This document shows, in pieces, positions 23,438 to 35,217 of a stretch of 64,000 nucleotides of DNA. The notes under the pieces are model-generated. The model searched no databases and was not told the origin of the DNA. It saw only the letters and a program-made list of their open reading frames with translations. Positions within the stretch are counted from its first letter, which is position 1; each line of letters begins with the position of its first letter. Source of the DNA: Nannocystis pusilla (GTDB lineage Bacteria; Myxococcota_A; Polyangia; Nannocystales; Nannocystaceae); assembly GCF_049060185.1 (NCBI RefSeq), contig NZ_JBMEQO010000002.1; one strand, written 5' to 3'. A program made the translations under genes and the position numbers.

Positions 23438-24783
23438 GTGTTTCGACGGGGCGCACCGCGGGCATGGTTGCTGGCGTGGCTGCTGGGTGCGTGCGCGAGC
23501 AATCAGTCGTGGCGGCACTCTGCGCCCGATCTACCGGTGGCCGCGCCGCCGGTGGTCGCGCCGCGAGTCGAGCGGCTGGGGCCGTCGCTGCTGCACGTGC
23601 GGCGGGCGGGACCGACGACGGCGATCGGGCTGGTCTTGCGGACAGGTGCGGAGATCGATCCGCCGCTGGCGAGTTTTGCCCTCGAGCTGCTGGCCCGCGG
23701 GCGCGATCGGGCCGTCGAAGACGCGCTCGGCGAGCTCGGCGGGGCGATCGAGGTGGTGTGGCTCGGGGACGGGGCGCTGCTGCGGGTCGAAGTCGAGGCG
23801 TCGGCGTGGCGCGAGGCGCTGGCGATCGTGACTGCGGCGCAGCGCAGCGCGGAGCTCACTGCGGAGGACGTCGAGGCGTTGCGGCGCGAGCGGCAGGCGG
23901 CCCTGCAGCGGCGCGACGGCGACCCGGCGATGCGCGGGCTGCACCTGCTGCAGCGCCGCCTGGCCCGCGGCTCGACGCGCTCGGGGAGGCGCGCGGCCGC
24001 GGGCTGGTCGATCGAACATGTCCGAAAGGCGCAAGAGCAGTGGCTGCGGGCCCGGCCGGCGCTGGTGGTCGTCGGCGAGGTGCCGGGGCCGAGCTCGCGC
24101 GGGCGGCCGCGGGAGCGTTGAGCGAGTGGCCGGGGTGGGCGGAGGTGCCTGCGCTCGCGCCCGAGCTAGCGACGGCGCGCCGCGAGGTGCTGGTGGTGCC
24201 GCGACCCGGGCTGGCTCAGACTGCCATCGTGGTGGGCCGAGCGATCCCCGGCGACGCCGACGACCTCGCGCTCGAGCTGGCGTCGGCCGTGGTCGGCTCG
24301 GCCCTGCGCGAGGTGCTGCGGCGCGATCGCGGCGACACGTACAGCGTGGCGGTGAGCCACGCGCCGGCCCAGGGCGGCGGGCTGCTGGCGATCGAGACCC
24401 AGGTCGACGCGGCCGCCACGGGCGCGTCGCTGCGGGCGCTGCTCTCGCAGTTGAAGGCGGCGCAGGGCCGCTTCCTGACCGGGGAGGTGCTGCGCCTGCT
24501 CGGCCGCGCGTTCCAGGTCGAGCGCATGCTGGAGCACCAGCGACTGGGGGCCGTCGTGGAGGCGGTGGCGCGGCTGCACGTGGCGGGGCAGCCCGACGAC
24601 GCCCTGGCGGCCGAGCTGCGCCGGCTCGGGGGCGTGCGCGACGACGACGTCGAGCGCGCGCTGTCGCGGTGGTTCGAGCCGGCGGCGATGCAGGTGGTGC
24701 TGGTCGGCGATCCCGAGACGATCCGCGCCCAGGTCGAGCCGCTCGGGCTCGGGCCGCTCAAGGTGATCGATGCCGAGCTATGA
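23438..24783 (+). CDS. M16-family peptidase-like lipoprotein, non-catalytic partner (no HxxEH), 1 frameshift
   Basis: GTG at 23438. Lipobox LLGAC. M16 fold segments. Frame change at about 24095. Typical active/inactive M16 pair. Confidence 0.55.
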
Positions 24784-24784
24784 A

Positions 24785-24860
24785 ATGCATGATGGGACAT
24801 GTCGTCAAGGACATTGTCATAATGACATGTCTTTCATGACATGTTCTTGAGGACATATCT
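24785..24860. repeat. 5-unit 14-bp-phased array (GACATGTC, GACATTGTC, TGACATGTC, TGACATGTT, GGACATATC)
   Basis: Cores at 24798, 24812, 24826, 24840 and 24854, plus off-phase CATG at 24788 and 24835. Lies between the convergent 3' ends of the M16 and OmpA genes. Confidence 0.85.
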
Positions 24861-24960
24861 TGGATCGAAGGCGCCGCTCGTCGCAACGAGCCCCGCGCGT
24901 GACGAGCCGGGGCCCGACTCGGGCGCCCGGCTCGTGGACGATGCAGCGCTCGCGCGCGGC

Positions 24961-26373
24961 TCACGACTTCGGCGGGAGCACGCGGAGGGCGATCCGGCGG
25001 TTCTGCGCGCGGCCCTCCTCGGTGGTGTTGGCGGCGACCGGGTGCTGCTCGCCGTAGCCCTCGGTCTCGATGCGATCGCCGGGGACGCCGCGCGCGACCA
25101 GCTCCTTCTTCACGTTGTCGGCGCGCTCCTGCGACAGCTTGAGGTTGGCGTTCGGGTCGCCGGTGTTGTCGGTGTAGCCGCCGACCTTGATGTGCACGCC
25201 GGGATAGGCCTTGAGGATCGCGGCCAGGTTCTCGAGCTGCTCGTGCGAGCCGGCGGCCAGCGTCTGGGCGTTGGTGTCGAACACCAGGCGGTCGAACTCG
25301 AACCAGGTCCTGTCGTCGTACTTGGCGCCCTTGTCGCGCAGGAAGGCGAGCAACTTGGCCTCGACGCCGTTCTCGGCGAACCGCAATTCGCGGTTGACCT
25401 CGGCGACGTGGACGGCCTTGAGCTCGGGCTGGGCCTTCAGCGCCGGGGCGGCCTGTGGGGTCGGAGTGGTCGCGGGGGTCGGGGGTCGGAGTGGTCGCGC
25501 GCTTGCTCGCGGGCGGCGGTGGTGCGGGGGAGGCGTGCGCGTGGCGACGGCCGCCGGGGTCTCGTAGCGCGAGGCGGTGGTGTCGACCTGGCGCTCGGTC
25601 CGGCGGGCGTCGAGGAACCACCAGGCGAGCAGCGCCAGCGGCAACAGGGCCAGCGGGATGGCCCACCAGGCCGGCCGCTTGGGCTCGGCGGCCACGGGGT
25701 GCGGCAGGTGAGGCACTTGCGGCTGGGCCTCGCGGACGACGTCGTAGATCTGCGCGCGGCCGATCGTGCCCGCCAGCGACGGCGGCACTGCGTTCATGAT
25801 CTCGCTCTGGTTGGCGAGCAGCGTCTGCCCGAGCGAGCCGACCGTCAGGCCGCCGCCGCGCACCAGGCCGCCGACCGCCCGCAGGACGAGCGGGGCCGCC
25901 ATGCTCATCAACGAGGCGGCCGCGGTGCTGCCGATGCCGGCGTGGCGCGCCAGGCCGCCGACGACGTCGTCCGTGCGACCGCCGAACAGACTCGAGGTCA
26001 AGCGGCTGCCGAGGTCGCGCGCGCGGGTGGCTTCGGCGGCGCCGCTGAGCAGACGCGCCGGATCGTCGAGCGCCGAGCTGGTGAGCGCCGGGTCCTGGGC
26101 CATGTTGAAGAATTCGCCGAGCGCCAGCGGATCGCGGGCTTTATTGGCCAGACCGGCGAGCATGGCCGAGCCCGCGGCGCCCAGGCCCTTCGACGCCGAG
26201 GCGCTCGAGATCCCGAGGGCGGACGCGGCGCCGTTGACGATGCCGCCGGAGGTCAGCGCGTCGCGAACTGTGTCTGTCAGGAGAACGTCATGGTGTTCCT
26301 TTCGAGTCGCGCGAAAGAGTAATCGGGTCGCGCGATGCGACAACCTGACGCTGCTGCCGTCCGCCGCGCTCAC
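24961..26373 (-). CDS. OmpA/MotB-domain protein with N-terminal DUF937-like region and Pro-rich linker
   Basis: C-terminal OmpA-like domain (...VGGYTDNTGDPNANLKLSQERADNVKKELVARGV...NRRIALRVLP). TM segment WWAIPLALLPLALLAWWF. Intact frame. Exact start uncertain. Confidence 0.7.
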   Translation of the reverse strand: MSAADGSSVRLSHRATRLLFRATRKEHHDVLLTDTVRDALTSGGIVNGAASALGISSASASKGLGAAGSAMLAGLANKARDPLALGEFFNMAQDPALTSSALDDPARLLSGAAEATRARDLGSRLTSSLFGGRTDDVVGGLARHAGIGSTAAASLMSMAAPLVLRAVGGLVRGGGLTVGSLGQTLLANQSEIMNAVPPSLAGTIGRAQIYDVVREAQPQVPHLPHPVAAEPKRPAWWAIPLALLPLALLAWWFLDARRTERQVDTTASRYETPAAVATRTPPPHHRRPRASARPLRPPTPATTPTPQAAPALKAQPELKAVHVAEVNRELRFAENGVEAKLLAFLRDKGAKYDDRTWFEFDRLVFDTNAQTLAAGSHEQLENLAAILKAYPGVHIKVGGYTDNTGDPNANLKLSQERADNVKKELVARGVPGDRIETEGYGEQHPVAANTTEEGRAQNRRIALRVLPPKS

Positions 26374-26499
26374 GGGGGCCGCCGGCGGCGCCGCGGACGG
26401 CGAGGCGGGCCGCTCGTCACAATGACTCGAAGGACATGTCGCAACGGCTATGTGGGCAGCGCCTGGGCCTGCTGGTCGGCGCTGTGATCCGCGCCGCGC

Positions 26500-28817
26500 T
26501 CACGAGGCCGCCGGCTCGCCGCCCTCGCCGTCGAGGATCCGCCGGACCAGACCGACGAGGGCCTCGCCGGTGAACGGCTTGGCGATGAAGCTGGCGGAGG
26601 CGTCGAGCTCGGCGGCGGCCTGCAGGGCGCGCTCGGACGAGCCGCTGGTGAACAGGACGCGCAGGCCGGGGCAGCGCGCCGCGACCCGCTGGGCCAGGCT
26701 GGCGCCGGTGGTCCACGGCATCACCAGGTCGGTGACGAGCAGGTCGATCGCGCCGCCGTTGCGCTCGCAGACCAGCAGCGCCTCGGCGGCGTCGGCGGCC
26801 GCGAGCACGTGGTACCCCGCGGCCCCGAGCACGCGCAGCACGAGGCGCCGCACCGGCTCGCTGTCCTCGACCAGCAGGATGGTCTCGCCGCCGGGCTCGC
26901 GGGTCTGCGGCGCGGGCGCCGTCAACGGCCGGCGCGGCAGCGGCTCCTGGTCGCGCGGGAAGTAGATCCGGAAGGTCGTGCCGCGGCCCGGCTGGCTGTC
27001 GACGACGATCGCGCCGTTGGCCTGACGGACGATGCCGTAGACGATAGCGAGGCCCATGCCGGTGCCGAAGCCGGGCGGCTTGGTGGTGAAGAACGGCTCG
27101 AAGATCCGCGCCCGCGTCGCCTCGTCCATGCCGCTGCCGTCGTCGCGCACGGTCATGACGACGCGCGGACCGGGCGGCAGGTCGAGGTGACCGCCGTCGT
27201 CGTCGCCGGCCTCGAGGGTGGCGGTGGCGATGACGACGCGGCCGCCGACGCGGGTGGCGTCGCGGGCGTTGATGACGAGGTTGACGAGCAGCTGATCGAG
27301 GTGGCCGGGGCCGATCCGCACCGGACACGGCGCGCCGGCCAGAGAGACGGTCAGGATCCGCTCCTCGCCGAGCAGGCGGACGAGCATGCCGCGGAGCTCG
27401 CGGATCTTGGCGCCGAGGTCGACGACCTCGGGGGCGACGATGTCGCGCCGGCTGAAGCTCAGGAGCTGCTGCGTGAGCGCGGCGGCCCGCTCGCTGGCCT
27501 TGCGGATCTCCTCGAGGTCGGCGACGTCGGAGCCGGTGGCCTTGCTGGTGGCGACGCTCTTCTCGAGCATGCCGGTGTAGCTGAGGATCACCGTGAGGAG
27601 GTTGTTGAAGTCGTGGGCGACGCCGGCGGCCATGCGCCCGAGCACCTCCATCTTCTGCGCCTCCTGAAAGCGCCGCTCGAGGTGACGCTCGCGGGTGACG
27701 TCGAGCACGTGGGTGAGGACGAGGTCGGGCGGGACGAAGCCGAACGAGACGACGAAGATCGCGGTCGGGCCGTCCGGCCGGGCGACCTCGACCTCGCGGC
27801 GGAGGGCGCCCTGGGTGGCGACGCAGGTCTTCATGGCGTCGACGAGCTCGGGGCGGTCGGGCAGCAGCTCGGCGAGGGCGCGCCCGACCCACGCCGGCAC
27901 GCGGCCGTCGCTGAGGGCGAGGGCCGCCCGGTTGTGATCGACGAGCACGAAGGTGTCGCCGCGCTGCTGCCAGCACACCGTGGCGATCGGCAGGCGCTCG
28001 TAGAGCTCGCGGGCGTGGCGCTCGCTCGCCCGCAGGGCCTCGACGATGCGGGCCCGCTCGGCCAGGGCGCCGATCCGGCCGGCGATGACGTGCAGCATCT
28101 CCTGCTCCTCGCGCAGGAAGTAGCGCGCGCAGGGGACCTGCGAGTCGGCGATCCTGCACACCTCGATCACGCCGGCGATCCGTCCGCCGACGCTGATCGG
28201 CGCCGACTGGCTGCACGGGTCGGCCGCGAAGCGCGACGAGGTGTAGACGCGGTCGCCGAGCTGGATCCGCGCCGCGACCTCGGGCGGGTAGCAGTAGCCG
28301 CGCGGGATCCGGTCGGCGACCTGCCACAGCGCCTCGTCGAGCGTGATCTCGTCGCCGGCGATCGACGAGACCTCGAAGAGCAGCTCGAGCTCCTTGATCC
28401 GCTCGCGCAGGTCATGCTCGGCGCGGCGCAGCGGGAGATGTCGGTGATGAAGCCCTCGAGCACGGCGGCGGTGCCTTCGCCGCGCAGCAGCCGGCCGCGC
28501 TCCCACACGTGTTTGAGGCGGCCGGCGCGGTCGCGGATCCGGTACTCGATGGTGAACGACTGGCCGGCGGCGACGGCCGTCTCGACGGCCGCCTCGACGG
28601 CGCGACGGTCCATGGCAATGATGAGATCGGCGTAGGCCCGCCGCTCGCTCGCCAGCAATTCGTCGGGCCGATAACCGGTCAGCTCGAGCGCGCCGGCGCT
28701 GACGTAGTCGAGCGTCCAGACGCGGTCGGCCCGGCAGCGATAGACCATCCCCGGCAGGCTGTCGATCAGCGCCGCGAGGTCGCACGGGGCGCCGGCCTGT
28801 CCCTCGGACTCGTGCAT
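26500..28817 (-). CDS. hybrid sensor histidine kinase (PAS-GAF-HisKA-HATPase-REC), 1 frameshift
   Basis: N-terminal PAS domain in ORF 28167-28874 (start MHESEG at 28817). After a frame change at about 28440 comes the 26500-28785 frame with H-box [11 protein letters not shown], ATPase G-boxes and a C-terminal receiver ([13 protein letters not shown]...[10 protein letters not shown]). Confidence 0.75.
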
Positions 28818-29059
28818 ATGCGCCTCAGCATAGCGGACGGGCCGCGTGTCTTCTCGTCCGCGAGTCGACGACACGGCCTCGTCGCGGTTGACAGCGTTCG
28901 CGGCGCGGCGGCCGCGACACCTGATTCAAGGGATAGGTCCGTCGAAAATGACTGTGGTCATTCACCCGCGTCGTCGCCGCCGAGCGTCGGCAGCAGCAGA
29001 CGAGCGGAGGACCTCGATCGTCGCCCTGCGGCCCACACGTGGGGGCCGGCCTCCTCGAG

Positions 29060-29112
29060 TCATCAATGAACGATGGAACATGGCGCTTGGGACATGTCCA
29101 TAGCGCCATGTT
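29060..29112. repeat. 4-unit 14-bp-phased CATG array
   Basis: Cores at 29065 (ATG), 29079, 29093 and 29107. Lies between the dehydrogenase 3' end and the histidine-kinase 5' end. Confidence 0.75.
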
Positions 29113-29127
29113 GGCGCGCGCCGGCGG

Positions 29128-30147
29128 CTAGCGGCGGGCGGCGGCGATCCGCGCGGCCGCCCGCCGCCCGGCCAGGGCCTCGGTGGTGAGGCCGGTGGCG
29201 GCGCTCTCGGCGAGCAGCTCGCCGGCGGTGGTGCCGAGCGCGGCGATGAGCGGCTCGCGGTCGGCGAGGTGCATCACCGAGCGGCCGATGCCCTCGATCA
29301 CCGCGCCGGCCGAGGCGACCACGTCGGGGACGTGCAAGATCCCGCGGGCCCGCAGCGCCTCGGCGACCGCGGGCTCGGCGAGCAGGTTGTTGGCGGCGCC
29401 GCACAGCGCCCAGGCCGGCGTCGCGGCGGCCACCTCGGCGGTGACGACCCCGCCGACGGCGCACGGGGCGAGGATGTCGACCGGCGCGAGCAAGATGTCC
29501 TTCGGGTCATGGACGTGAGAACCTGTCGCTTCGGCCACGTCGTGGGCGCGCCGGGGGTCGACGTCGGCGACCAGCAGGAACGCGCCCTCGGCCGCGAGCG
29601 CGCGCGACCGCCGAGCCGATCGCGCCGCAGCCCTGCACCGCGACCCGCAGGCCGCCGATCCCGCGCCCGCGGGCCGGGCGCACGCGCGGACGCAGGCGAC
29701 CACGCCGCGCGCGACGGCCTCGGCCAGGCCGTGGTCGTCGGTGTGGACGTAGGGGCAGGTCTCGGCCATCGCCGCGAGGTCGGCGGTGGTGGTGCCGAGA
29801 TCGCCGGCGGTGCGGAAGACCCCGTCGAGCTCGGCGATGAACCGGCCGAGCGCGCGGAAGGCCGCCGGGCGATCGAGGCCGGGGTGATCGAGGACGACTG
29901 CCTTGGCCCCGCCGGCGTCGAGGCCCGCGAGCGCGCACTTGCGGGTCATCGCCCGCGCGAGCGCGGCGGCCTCGGCGATCATGGCCGCGGCGTCGGGGTA
30001 GGCGCGGGTCCGGACGCCGCCGGCGGCTGGCCCGAGGGACAGGTCGTCGATCACCAGGACGGCGGCCAGGCCCGAGGATGGGTCGCGCCACAGCACGCAG
30101 CGAGCGGCGCCGGCGGGGTCGAGGAGGTCGGGGAGCGTCGCGGACAT
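29128..30147 (-). CDS. Glu/Leu/Phe/Val dehydrogenase family protein (leucine/valine dehydrogenase-like), 1 frameshift
   Basis: [10 protein letters not shown]...[21 protein letters not shown]...[12 protein letters not shown] (family signatures). Frame change at about 29620. C-terminal NAD-binding domain in the 29128-31035 frame. Confidence 0.65.
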   Translation of the reverse strand: MSATLPDLLDPAGAARCVLWRDPSSGLAAVLVIDDLSLGPAAGGVRTRAYPDAAAMIAEAAALARAMTRKCALAGLDAGGAKAVVLDHPGLDRPAAFRALGRFIAELDGVFRTAGDLGTTTADLAAMAETCPYVHTDDHGLAEAVARGVVACVRACARPAGAGSAACGSRCRAAARSARRSRALAAEGAFLLVADVDPRRAHDVAEATGSHVHDPKDILLAPVDILAPCAVGGVVTAEVAAATPAWALCGAANNLLAEPAVAEALRARGILHVPDVVASAGAVIEGIGRSVMHLADREPLIAALGTTAGELLAESAATGLTTEALAGRRAAARIAAARR

Positions 30148-30204
30148 CGGCGCGACTTTACCGCGCTTGCGCGCGCGCGTGCGCCGGCCTACCGTCGCCC
30201 GCAC

Positions 30205-30828
30205 ATGGGCACCTGGGACGACGGCCTCTACGACAACGACTCCGCGCTCGACCTCGTCGGCGGCCTGGTGAAGCTGCCCGCGATCGACGCCCCGCCGGTC
30301 GCGCTGGCGGTGGGCATCGGCCTGGTCGCGTGGCTGCAACCGGTGGTGCTGAAGCTGCGCGGAGCGGACCACGTCGCCGCCGCGCTGGCCCACGGCGAGG
30401 CGCTGCCGGCGGACGCGCGCGAGGTGCTGGCCGGGCTCGCGCGCGATCTCGAGGGCGCGCTCAAGGGCCGCTCGCGCAGCGAGGCCGCGGAGGCGGTGAT
30501 CGGCGGCTACAACGACGGCCCGCGGTTCGACGCGCTGCTGCGCGTGCCCGGCGGGCAGGCGAGCATCGACGCCCTGGCCGAGCGCGCGGCCGCGGTCCTC
30601 GATCGCGCCGACGACGGCGATCTTTACGAGGGCGCGGGCGACTACGGGGCGCTCGGTCTCGTCGTCGAGCTGGTCGACGCCGGCCTGTGGAAGCCCACAC
30701 CGGAGCGCGTGGTCGCGTGGCAGGGCCGCTTCGACCGCGCCGACGCGGGCACGCCCGACGAGCGGGGCTTCTGGGACAGGTACGCCGCGCGCGTGCGCCA
30801 GGGCTTCGAGCTCGTCCTGCGCGCGTGA
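30205..30828 (+). CDS. hypothetical protein, DUF4259-like (N-terminal [16 protein letters not shown])
   Basis: 207 aa. ATG at 30205. Family assignment from memory of the MGxWxxGxFDNDxA N-terminal signature. Confidence 0.4.
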   Translation: MGTWDDGLYDNDSALDLVGGLVKLPAIDAPPVALAVGIGLVAWLQPVVLKLRGADHVAAALAHGEALPADAREVLAGLARDLEGALKGRSRSEAAEAVIGGYNDGPRFDALLRVPGGQASIDALAERAAAVLDRADDGDLYEGAGDYGALGLVVELVDAGLWKPTPERVVAWQGRFDRADAGTPDERGFWDRYAARVRQGFELVLRA

Positions 30829-30930
30829 GCGCGCCTGCGCGATCGTGAGGCGCGGCCGCGGGGCTGCCGTCGCGGTGCGTCGGCTCGTATGCTCGTGGCC
30901 CGCGACGTCCGCCGTCGCGACAGGAGCCCC

Positions 30931-33423
30931 ATGAACGACCGAGGCCGTGAACGAGACCTTGTCCTCGCACCGAACGAGTTCGCCTTCATCCTGGACGAGA
31001 CGAAGGGCAACATCAACGTCTACGTCGGGCCGCACAAGACGAGCCTCGCCAACACCGACGCGCCCGTGGTGTTCGACCCCGGCAGCAAGCGGTTCGAGCG
31101 GCGCCCCTCGACGGCGCGATCCAGTCGCTGTCGATCGCGCCCGAGGGCTGGTACCTGGTGCTGAAGAACCCGGCGACCGACAAGAGCCACCCGCGGACCG
31201 GCGCGCTCAACAACCTGCCGTCGCTCGACACCGGCCGCAAGGTCAACATCCCCGGGCCGGCCTCGTTCGCGCTGTGGCCGGGGCAGATGGTGCGGGTGAT
31301 CCAGGGCCACCACCTGCGCTCCAATCAATACCTGCTCGTGCGCGTGTACGACGAGGAGGGCGCCAAGGCCAACTGGAAGAACGCGGTGCTGCGCATGCGT
31401 GCCGAGGCGGCGGCGGACGAGGGCGAGGCGGTGCACGTGCAGCGGCCGCCCGACCTGACGATGGGCACGCTGCTGATCATCCGCGGCACCGAGGTCGCGT
31501 TCTACATCCCGCCGACCGGCGTCGAGGTGGTGCCGGACGTCGACGGCAATTACGTGCGCGAGGCGATCACGCTCGAGCGGCTCGAGTACTGCATCCTGCT
31601 CGACGAGAACGGCAACAAGCGCTACATCCAGGGCCCTGCGGTGGTGTTTCCGCAGCCGACCGAGACGTTCGTGGCGATGCGAGGCGCCCGCAAGTTCCGC
31701 GCGATCGAGCTCAACGAGAACACCGGCCTCTACATCAAGGTCATCGCGCCGTACGAGGAGAACGGGGTCCGCTACAAGGTCGGCGACGAGCTGTTCATCA
31801 CCGGCAAGGACACGATGATCTACCTGCCGCGGCCGGAGCACGCGATCATCAAGTACGGCGATCAGGAGCGGCACTACGCGGTCGCCATCCCGGCCGGCGA
31901 GGCGCGCTACGTGCTCGACCGCAACAAGGGCACCATCACGCTGAAGCGCGGCCCGGCCATCTACCTGCCCGATCCGCGGATCGAGCTCATCATCCGCCGC
32001 GTGCTCGATCCGAAGACCGTCTCGCTGTGGTTCCCCGGCAACCGCGAGGCCTACGACTACAACCGCCGCCTCGCCCAGCAGAACGCGCCGCAGATCGCCG
32101 CCGAGTTCGCGGCCGTGGCCTCGGTGCCGGTCCAGGCGGCGCGGGCCTCCGCCTCGCCGAAGGCCGCGCCGGCCCCGGGCGGCCCGGCCGCGCCGCCGCC
32201 TCCGCCGCCGTCGTCGGAGTTCGCCGGCGACGACTTCACGCGCAGCCAGACCTTCACCGGGCCGCGCACGATCGTGCTCGACACCCGCTACGACGGCGCG
32301 GTCGCCATCGACGTGTGGACCGGCTACGCGGTGCTGGTGGTGTCGAAGACCGGCGAGCGCAAGGTCGTGACCGGGCCCCACACGCACCTGCTCGAGTACG
32401 ACGAGACGCTGCAGGTGCTCGAGCTGTCGACCGGCACGCCGAAGACCGAGCACAACCTGTTCAAGACGGTCTACCTGCGGGTGCTCAACAACAAGGTGTC
32501 CGACCAGGTCGAGGTCGAGACCCGCGACCTCGTGCGCGTGCAGCTGCAGCTCAGCTACCGCGTCAACTTCGAGGGCGACCCGAACCGGTGGTTCGAGGTC
32601 GAGATACGTCAAGTTCCTGACCGACCACCTGCGCTCGCTCGTCCGCGCGGCGGTCAAGCGCCACGGCATCGAGCAGTTCTACGCCGACTCGGTGGCGATC
32701 CTGCGCGACGTGATCCTCGGGGTCGCGGGCGAGGACGGCAAGCGACCGGGCCGGCGCTTCGAAGAGAACGGGATGCGGGTGTACGACGTCGAGGTGCTAG
32801 AGGTGACGATCGGCGACGAGGCGATCGCCGAGCTGCTGGTCCAGGCGCAGCACGCCGCGGTCCAGCAGACGCTGTCGCTGGCCGCCGAGCAGCGCCGGCT
32901 CGACATGGTGCGCCAGGCCGAGGCGGTCACGCAGCAGGTCGCGGAGGCCAAGTCGGCGACGCTGCAGCAGGCGATCGCGCTGCGCACCCGCGAGGGCGAG
33001 CAGCAGCAGCGCTATCAGCTGGCCGAGCTGGCCGCCAAGCTCGATCTTCATGAGCGCCAGCAGCAGGCGCTGCTGGCCGAGCAGGAGCGGATCGGGGCGA
33101 TCCACGGGGCCGAGCTCGGCCGGCGCCAGGCGACCGCGACGCTCGAGCTGACGGTCCAGCAGCAGCAGCTCGACCAGCGCCTGCGCGAGCTGCAGGCCGA
33201 GGTGGTGGCGGTGGTCGAGAAGGCGCGGGCGGTCTCGCCCGACCTGATCGCCGCGCTGCAGGCGTTCGGCGATCGGGCGCTGGCGGAGAAGATGGCGGAG
33301 TCGATGGCCCCGCTGGCGATCCTCGGCGGCGAGAGCGTGGCCGAGGTGCTGGCACGGCTGCTGCGCGGCTCGCCGCTGGCGCGGCTGCTGCCGGGCGCGG
33401 CGAACGAGCCGGCCAAGTCGTGA
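30931..33423 (+). CDS. major vault protein (MVP) homologue, approximately 830 aa, 2 frameshifts
   Basis: Three stretches align to eukaryotic MVP. N-terminus: [36 protein letters not shown] versus MVP [35 protein letters not shown]. Shoulder: [41 protein letters not shown] versus MVP [40 protein letters not shown]. Cap-helix: [36 protein letters not shown] versus MVP [26 protein letters not shown]. Repeated MVP-repeat modules and a Q/E/A-rich C-terminal coiled coil. RBS CAGGAG. Frame changes at about 31140 and about 32600. Confidence 0.8.
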
Positions 33424-33592
33424 GCGCGAGGCCGCGGCGCCGCGCCCCATGTATGGGGTGCGGCGACCCGGGCAGCGGTGTCGCGGTGCCGCGGCCACCG
33501 GGTCATGGGCGTCGTGAGGCATCGTCCCCGCGCCGCGCGGCCGGCTCGCGCCCGCGCGAGCATCGGTGCAGGCCGCGTGTTAGGCTGTCGCC

Positions 33593-34911
33593 ATGAGCTT
33601 AAGTGATGTGCGCCGTCGTTTGCCCGTGGTCGCCTCGTTGCCCACACCAGCCAATCGCTGGCTGAGCATCAAGGATCGCCGCGAGGCCAAGGCGCCGCGC
33701 TGGGCGGTGTGGGAGCTGACCCTGGCGTGCGATCAGCACTGTGCGCATTGCGGGCCGCGGGCGGGCCACAAGCGGCCCGACGAGCTGTCGACGGAGGAGT
33801 GCCTGAAGGTCGTGCGCGAGCTGGCGGACCTCGGGTGCGGCGAGGTGGTGCTGATCGGCGGCGAGGCCTACCTGCGCAACGACTTCATCCTCATCATCCG
33901 GGCGATCCGCGAGGCCGGGATGGCCTGCACGATGACGACCGGCGGCCTCAACCTGACCGAGGAGCGGGCGGAGGCGATGATCGAGGCCGGGATCGGGAGC
34001 GTGACCTTCTCGATCGACGGCCTCGAGGCCACGCACGATCGCCTGCGCGGGGTGCAGGGCAGCTGGAAGCGGGCGTTCGCGGCGATGCGGCGGATCCGCG
34101 CGGCGGGCGGCAAGATCGCCAGCAACACCCAGATCAACGCCCTGACCCGCCACGAGCTGCTGCCGCTGTTCGAGCTGCTGGCCGACGAGGGCATCCATTC
34201 GTGGCAGCTGCAGATCACGGTGCCGCACGGCAATGCGGCCGACCACCCGGAGATCTTGCTGCAGCCGCACATGTTCATCGACATCTTCGAGACGCTCGAC
34301 AAGGTGCTCGACCGCTGCGAGGCCCGCCAGGTCCGGCTGTGGCCCGGCAACAACCTCGGTTACTTCGGGCCGCTCGAGCGGCGCCTGCGGCAGTCGCAGC
34401 GCAAGCACTGGCGCGGCTGCACGGCCGGGGTGTCGGTGATGGGCATCGAGAGCGACGGGGCGATCAAGAACTGCCCGAGCCTCGGCGGCGGGACCAACAT
34501 CGGCGGCAACTGGCGGGTCCACGGGGTCAAGAAGGTGTGGGAAGAGTCGTATCAGCTCGGCTACATCCGCTCGCGCACGATCGACGACCTGTGGGGCTAT
34601 TGCCGCGAGTGCTACTACGCCGAGACGTGCATGGCCGGCTGCACCGCGGCCGCCGAGCCGCTGCTCGGCCGCCCGGGCAACAACCCGTTCTGCCACCACC
34701 GCGCGGTGATGATGGAGCGCGCGGGCTGCGCGAGCGCATCGAGCAGGTCCGCGGCGCCGGCGGCAAGTCGTTCGACAACGGCCTGTTCCGGGTGATCCGC
34801 GAGCACGTCGATCCGGAGCTGCGCGAGAAGCACGGGCCGGTGGCGATCGAGGAGCCGCGGGTGTCGCGGCTCGAGGAGCCCTACGGGGCCGGGCGCACGG
34901 TCACGCTGTGA
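33593..34911 (+). CDS. radical SAM / SPASM-domain peptide-maturase-like enzyme, 1 frameshift
   Basis: CxxxCxxC cluster LTLACDQHCAHCG. C-terminal Cys-rich SPASM/twitch region (GCTAGVS...CPSLGG...CRECYYAETCMAGC). Frame change at about 34730. Confidence 0.75.
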
Positions 34912-34984
34912 GGCACCTGTTCCGCCGACGCCCACCCGGCGCGCGCGGTGACTCGCGCCGGTGGTTTCACGGCCCGCGCCGAAT

Positions 34985-35035
34985 CATGGGATGACTTCGG
35001 GGACATGTCCCTGAGGTCATGACGTCATGCCGCGG
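34985..35035. repeat. 3-unit 14-bp-phased CATG array between convergent rSAM and repeat-protein genes
   Basis: Cores at 34990 (ATG), 35004 (GGGACATGTCCC) and 35018, with off-phase CATG at 34985 and 35026. Confidence 0.7.
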
Positions 35036-35217
35036 GAGCCCAGTGTCGCGTGGGCGCGACGAGCCTGGCGTTGTCACGGTTCGTCGCGTGAAGGCAGCCG
35101 CACGTAGGCCCGGGCAGATGCGCGGCGCGGCCGGGCCGCGGCGACGAGAGAACCGCATGGCCGCACGGACAGGTTCGTGCGGGCACGCGGCCGGGGTGCG
35201 GGCGAGCGGTCCGGGGC

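Noticed and set aside
26417-28327. 636-aa minus-strand ORF overlapping the histidine kinase in another frame
   Set aside because: Its translation is Arg/Pro low-complexity. The HK domains (PAS, H-box, ATPase, REC) are all in the 26500-28785 and 28167-28874 frames.
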